Shown here in pieces: positions 60,660 to 64,000 of a DNA stretch of 64,000 nt (within the stretch, counting starts at the first letter, position 1; each line of letters begins with the position of its first letter). Location of the stretch: positions 93,124,001 to 93,188,000 of the forward strand of contig CM060731.1 of the NCBI GenBank assembly GCA_030704615.1, read 5' to 3'. Below the pieces are notes generated by a model. It was not told where the DNA came from and searched no databases. It saw only the letters and a list, made by a program, of their open reading frames with translations. This DNA is from Takakia lepidozioides. Lineage: Eukaryota > Plantae > Bryophyta. The translations under genes were made by a program, and so were the position numbers.

Positions 60660-61415
60660 ATGATGTTGTGGCTCAGTTCTTCTTTGATGAGATCATAATG
60701 CGGCATGGGTGTTCTCAAGAGATAGTAACGGATCAAGGCAAAGAGATTTGTAACCAGCTCGTTACGGTGATTTGCTTCAACTTTGGTATGAAGCATGTCA
60801 ATACAGCCCCTTACCATCCCCAAACCAATGGCCTCACGGAGCGCTTCAACCAAACTCTTTTGTCGAATGTTGGAGAATAATGGTGCATTCACCATGGAGT
60901 GGGACACCTTTCTTCCCCCTCTTCTCTTTGCTTATCGCACCGCCGTGCATGCTAGCACCAAGAAGACTCATTTTGAACTGTTGTATGGCCGCTCTTGTGT
61001 TTCTCCTTTGCATTCTTCCCCACTTATCTCTACTGTTTCCAATCCTGCCGATCTATCCATCTTCCTTGATGAGGTTTATGCTCGCCACGTGGTGTCCATC
61101 CATGATGCCAATGAAAACATTGGTAAGGCTCAACTTACTCAGGCCCGGAATTTTAACAAACGCGTCAAGTACTCTAACCTGTTTCAGGTGGGACAGACCG
61201 TGTGCCTTCGTTTGCAGCATGGCAAGCATGCATGCAAATCCAAGCTCAAGATCGACGGTCCATACTTGATTTTACGTGGGCGGCGTGCTCTATTTCTTCC
61301 CAAAGGGCCAAATGTTCAAGCGCATGATGACCCTGTCCAGCTCACTGATCTAGTGCATTCAGAGTTGGTGTTTGATATCACATGCATCAACGTGGAGGGA
61401 CGCACGGTGGGGTGA
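60660..61415 (+). mobile_element. Ty3/gypsy integrase fragment
   Basis: RHG..IVTDQGKE, PYHPQTNGLTERFNQTL, WD..LP..LFAYRTAVHAST..FELLYGR, GPY motif. One frameshift. Confidence 0.9.
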
Positions 61416-61703
61416 ATCCTGGATCTTCTTCGGCTTAGTTTTAGGCTGCGGGTTTTGATACATTTTACACCTTAGTCCTTAGATTTTTTTGCATTTATGA
61501 TAAATCACCACATGTACTCCCTGGCACGGTTTTCCTACCCAAGGGTTTTTGTCCTCGGCCCAATTTGCAGGTGCCAGGTTTTTCCTCGATAGATTTTTCA
61601 TCTAGTAGTGGAAGATGATTTCATCCATCTAGGCCTTATTATTTCATCCTCTGTTTTCACCTCGCGGAGCTCGGATTTTTCGCCGGGGGGAAGTCTTCAC
61701 AAA

Positions 61704-62176
61704 TGTGAAACCCCATTACATCCTGGTTACCCTTTTACCTTTTTCATCCACAGGACTGTATTCATCCCTTATCGCATTTTTTCAGCTTGAGTACCGTTAC
61801 AAACCGTTACACTCATAACCTACTGGCCTCATCTCAACCATTCTTTTAATCTAAGGCTTCGATTCGGCGGTGCGTAGCGCGCCTCTCATGCCTCACCACG
61901 CGGTAGGCCATGGCCCTTCTAGGGTTTCCTGTATAAGCTGCGCCTGACCGTGAGTCAGGGGTCTTTGTGTACAAAATATTTGGTATGTGTACGAGGTGTT
62001 TCCAAGCTGTGTCAGCCCTCTGCGCGTTGATCCTCCTCTCGTAGTTTAGCGTGCTCATCCTGCTTTCCCCCTTAATCTCGCAAGCGCTTTGGGAGGAAAG
62101 AAGCAATAAGCCCCCCAAGTTTGGGTGAGCCTTGTTCATTCTAGAGTGGTCTAGGAATTAGAGTGGGGGCCTTACA
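61704..62176 (+). mobile_element. Possible 3' LTR
   Basis: TGTGAAACCCC...GGGGGCCTTACA shortly after a purine run (61685-61693) downstream of the integrase. No partner LTR in the window. Confidence 0.4.
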
Positions 62177-62519
62177 TAATAAGGCATATGTAGAGGGATT
62201 TCAAGAGATGAAGGGGTCCAAAAAAAGAAGGCAAGAAGGTGATACCTATTAAATAGGGGATGGTTCAGGCCAATTTGGGTAGTTACGATACAGATGTCAA
62301 GTGGTGGGAGTAGGCCTGATTAGGGTCTGACATGTGTCCACCCTTCTAGAAGAGTCCCACCGCTTGAGGGGTGGGTTCTAGAAGCCTCAGAATTTTGTGT
62401 GGCCTCGTCGTTATGAGGCCACACGCTGCAGAGGGGACAGCCCCTCCTGTCACGGGCCCCGCACGGTTGGGCCCCTTGACTTGCAGCCCCTCCTCATTCC
62501 TACCTGCCCCTAATCTCCT

Positions 62520-62670
62520 GCCCGAGACCCTCCTGGCCTAACCCCCAACTAACCTAACAAAAACCCCAATCTGACCTAACCCTCAACCCTAACCTGACCC
62601 AACCCTTAACCCTAATCTAACTTAACCCTCACCCTAACCCGACCTTAATCTAACCCTCAACCCAACCCAT
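62520..62670. repeat. Degenerate (CCCTAA/AACCCT)n telomere-like tract
   Basis: Repeated aaccct/acccta/cctaac units. Confidence 0.6.
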
Positions 62671-63269
62671 AGTCCACTTTTGAACCAGTGCTAGTTATCG
62701 TCTCTCTCTCCATCAACGTAGGCCTTGTCGACCAACTTTGCTATCGAGCTTCAATAGCTTTCTCTTTCATGCATCATCATCATCATCAACTTCTATTAGT
62801 TCACGTGAGGAAAGGAGAGGAAAGGAGGAGGTGGAAGAGGAGGTGCAAAGAAAAACCACAAATACAAGGTTTTTTTTTTGTGTTGATAATTACTTGTAGA
62901 TAGTGTGTTGACAACTTCTTGTAGATAGTCATTTTCATTCAATTTTAGGTTGGATCTTTGTTTCTCTTTCTCACTTCTTACTCTCGTTCTCACTCTCACT
63001 CTTATTCATTTTCATAGTACAACCTAGATAGACATTTCATTTCAAGTTTACATTAATTTAAATTCTCTTTTGTCTCTTTTTCTATGGTTTTTCTTTTTAT
63101 CTCCCTCTCTCTCGCTCTCCATCTCTTTCTTTCTCTCTCTCACTCTTTCACACAATAGCATTAGGAGGATTTTATAGATTTGTTATTAATCTAGCTTCCA
63201 TAATATGACTTCTTCTCAATTTTTAGAATAAACACGGCAATAGAAGGCATGGACTACGAGCCTCTGAGC

Positions 63270-64000
63270 TCCAATAGGCTCTAAATATCTTTCATTGCAT
63301 TGAGGATGTAGTTGCGGAACCGGCAGAACGATTTGAAGTACAAAATCCTACTTCTAAAGTGTTTAGGTTTGGGGATTTGAAATGGATTCCACAAACACGG
63401 TGGGGAGGTGGAAGAAGGTGAACTGTAAAGTGCGCTTGGCGAAACATCTAATCGCGGTTGTCTCTACAAGTTCTCAGTCAAACAACTATTCTTGTATCCA
63501 TCAATTGCGGAGGTGGCATTTTATCATTGGGACCATACAGACGCGGAAGACAATCCTAGCCATGGGATTTTGGATCATCGGTAAGTTAACCAACCATCTC
63601 AATTCGCTCCATTCATTTCGGAGGATCTAAAGCAATGGATAAAGACAAGTCTTGATTGTGGTGATACCCCTCGGCAAATCTTCAATGAGCACAAAAAACG
63701 ATGGTTTGAGAAGAAAGAGGTGGGTGGTCTAACAATCAGAGACGACTTCCTCAAAATGTATGATGTTACAAACATTGCAAGGATACGGACAACTGAGACT
63801 TACAAGCGTCAAGATGATCCAGCACAAAATGTGCACATGTGGGTATTGGAATTTTCTCACTATGTAATTTTTTACGAACAACAGCCTCAAGTGGGAGGAT
63901 TACCGTTCACACTCGGAATACAAATGAGCTACCAAAAACATAAAATGTTGGAGTGGGGACATGAAGGATTGGTTTCGTGAGATGCCACATTTGGCACAAA
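63270..64000 (+). pseudogene. MULE transposase N-terminal part (a different family), runs off the window
   Basis: RDDFL..DV.NI, V.FY..PFTLGIQ..Q..M..WGH..*DATFGT (first catalytic D motif). Stops and frameshifts. Confidence 0.78.

Noticed and set aside
62520-62670. True telomere
   Set aside because: Short, degenerate and internal.

Overview
Eukaryotic, intron-containing land-plant DNA. A non-seed plant is inferred from the PPR-DYW remnants, the plant-type W-rich enolase insert, and CACTA and Dualen-like elements. The only apparently intact host gene is a 17-exon cytosolic enolase (5346-16447, +). The rest is mostly nested transposon debris. The standout is a fully bounded 12,967-bp DNA transposon (32253-45219; 39-bp TIRs; 9-bp TSD CTAACAGGA). 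It carries two divergent spliced genes: a Mutator-like transposase with a C-terminal SWIM finger, and a ParB/Srx-domain protein fused to a beta-class N4/N6 amino-methyltransferase-like domain with an unusual DIPDG catalytic loop. Arrays of a GGCGCC-centred palindrome (up to 30 bp perfect) lie between the genes, in an intron and near the right end. Three more fragments of the ParB-MTase gene and two more related TIR ends occur in the window, so this is a mobile family. The element sits in a Pack-like non-autonomous CACTA (30227-46973, TSD ATA), which sits in an intron of an older CACTA transposase gene that has a SET-domain gene just upstream. All TE genes here are decayed. Family assignments come from motif recognition by eye; no searches were run.
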